Shown here: one piece after another, positions 39,022-39,671 of the stretch | How positions within the stretch are numbered: position 1 is the stretch's first letter | Layout of the letters: each line of letters starts with the position of its first letter | From: a virus | Strand: one strand, 5' to 3' | Length of the DNA stretch: 39,671 nucleotides | IMG/VR virus record: IMGVR_UViG_3300025000_000041 | Translations under genes and position numbers: made by a program | Notes under the pieces: generated by a model | The model's input: the letters and a program-made list of their open reading frames with translations, nothing else | The model's database searches: none | What the model was told of the DNA's origin: nothing

Positions 39022-39176
39022 GCAAGGCTAAAACGTGCGGGAACTGCGCTCACGGCTACCCAATCGGGAATCTGATCCGGTGCGCCTTCACGCTGACCAA
39101 TAAGCGCAAAACGTCAACGTGCGGACTTTGGTTGAAGGATATTAACTGGAAGCAGAAGGACAAGGGGGAGAAATGA
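39018..39176 (+). CDS. Hypothetical small Cys-containing protein (52 aa)
   Basis: Not in the ORF track. ATG 39018 overlaps the upstream stop. CGNCAH...C...C pattern. Its stop overlaps the next ATG. Confidence 0.45.
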   Translation: MSKAKTCGNCAHGYPIGNLIRCAFTLTNKRKTSTCGLWLKDINWKQKDKGEK

Positions 39177-39376
39177 AAATGTCTATTGCTTGGCATGAAC
39201 AATGTTTGGCGAATCGTAAAGCATCATTGGTCAAAGACATTGAGAGGCTTGAAAGAATCGTCGCCGATGTCGAGCGAGCCAAAAAAGACATCGAGGTTTA
39301 CTCTAGGCAAATAGAAGTGGCGAAAAGTCGTGGCAAGGACGGGTTCTATTCCGACAGATTTATGGTGAGCAAATGA
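39173..39376 (+). CDS. Hypothetical coiled-coil protein
   Basis: 67 aa. GGGGGAG RBS. ATGA overlap upstream. Confidence 0.55.
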   Translation: MKMSIAWHEQCLANRKASLVKDIERLERIVADVERAKKDIEVYSRQIEVAKSRGKDGFYSDRFMVSK

Positions 39377-39428
39377 CCCTCAATGTTCTGCCACGCCATC
39401 TGCGGGAAATAGGATGCAAGGAGGAAGG

Positions 39429-39671
39429 ATGAAAAAATACAAACTTATCAAGGACAAAGAGAGCGGATTGCAAAGGGTGGTGGCCCTAATCAGCATCCCG
39501 TTTTACGGAATCAACAAAGGAGATCATGGCGGGCTGATCGAGAAAGAAGAAAATCTTTCACACGAGAGCAACGCTTGGGTGTTCGGCGACGCTCGGGTGT
39601 CCGGCAACGCTCGGGTGTACGGCGACGCTCGGGTGTCCGGCAACGCTCGGGTGTCCGGCAACGCTCGGGTG
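39429..39671 (+). CDS. 5' part of hexapeptide-repeat protein (open at window end; continues at nt 1..287)
   Basis: ATG 39429 with AGGAGG at 39419-39424. 81 codons with no stop, ending ...[34 protein letters not shown]. Confidence 0.8.
   Translation, partial: MKKYKLIKDKESGLQRVVALISIPFYGINKGDHGGLIEKEENLSHESNAWVFGDARVSGNARVYGDARVSGNARVSGNARV
39567..39671 (+). repeat. 18-bp tandem repeat (hexapeptide-coding units), continues at nt 1..83
   Basis: Units AGC/GGC-AAC/GAC-GCT-TGG/CGG-GTG-TTC/TCC/TAC read directly. The window ends inside a unit. Confidence 0.9.

Larger units (their letters stand above)
1..39671 (+). mobile_element. Complete or near-complete tailed-phage genome (HK97-fold capsid, siphovirus-type tail), apparently self-closing
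   Basis: Canonical order terS-terL-portal-protease-capsid-connector-tail tube-G/GT chaperone-tape measure-hub-fibre-lysis, followed by a replication module. All genes are co-oriented with ATGA/GTGA overlaps. nt 1-32 are identical to nt 39640-39671 and one ORF is continuous across the junction. Confidence 0.9.

Overview
This 39,671-nt window reads as one complete, self-closing genome of a tailed dsDNA phage with an HK97-fold capsid and a long non-contractile, siphovirus-type tail. Every credible gene is on the + strand. Genes are packed with ATGA/GTGA overlaps and GGAGG-type ribosome-binding sites. The first 32 nt equal the last 32 nt, inside a gene that the window boundary splits. Map: 39429->287 hexapeptide-repeat protein. 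284-3771: lytic transglycosylase, HTH proteins, M15-like peptidase, membrane coiled-coil protein. 3768-9857: packaging and head (terS, terL, portal fused to a MuF domain, prohead protease, major capsid protein). 9946-24113: connector/neck, tail tube, G/GT chaperone with a -1 slippery A7, tape measure, distal tail protein, FN3-rich hub, C1q-like protein, fibre. 24120-27845: SGNH esterase, clan-A-like glycosidase with a C-terminal anchor, holin, JAB-motif lipoprotein, XhlA-like protein, metallophosphoesterase. 27846-28080: C-rich non-coding stretch plus tandem sigma70-type promoters. 28081-39376: early/replication genes. These are a MazG-like protein, an SNF2-like helicase plus N6/N4 DNA methyltransferase in a visibly A/T-richer block, an RHH + Zn-ribbon + pentapeptide-repeat cassette, a second SNF2 helicase, an SSB-like protein, a primase-helicase, VRR-NUC and several Cys-rich mini-proteins. 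I saw no integrase, lysogeny module, tRNA, CRISPR array or reverse transcriptase. Most noteworthy: (i) opposed arrays of an 11-bp iteron around an A/T-rich core right after the primase-helicase gene, a candidate origin. (ii) A pentapeptide-repeat gene built of 21 codon-identical 15-bp units that differ only at three amino-acid-changing positions; it sits in a small promoter-driven early cassette and is a candidate DNA-mimic/anti-defence module. (iii) Two promoters with identical -35/17 nt/-10/6 nt/ATG geometry, implying leaderless mRNAs. (iv) Three Sec-signal-like N-termini on proteins encoded in the virion module, with domain sharing between structural proteins. (v) An atypical, split set of envelope-degrading and lysis genes. 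All functional names come from motifs readable in the translations; no database search or numerical computation was run.
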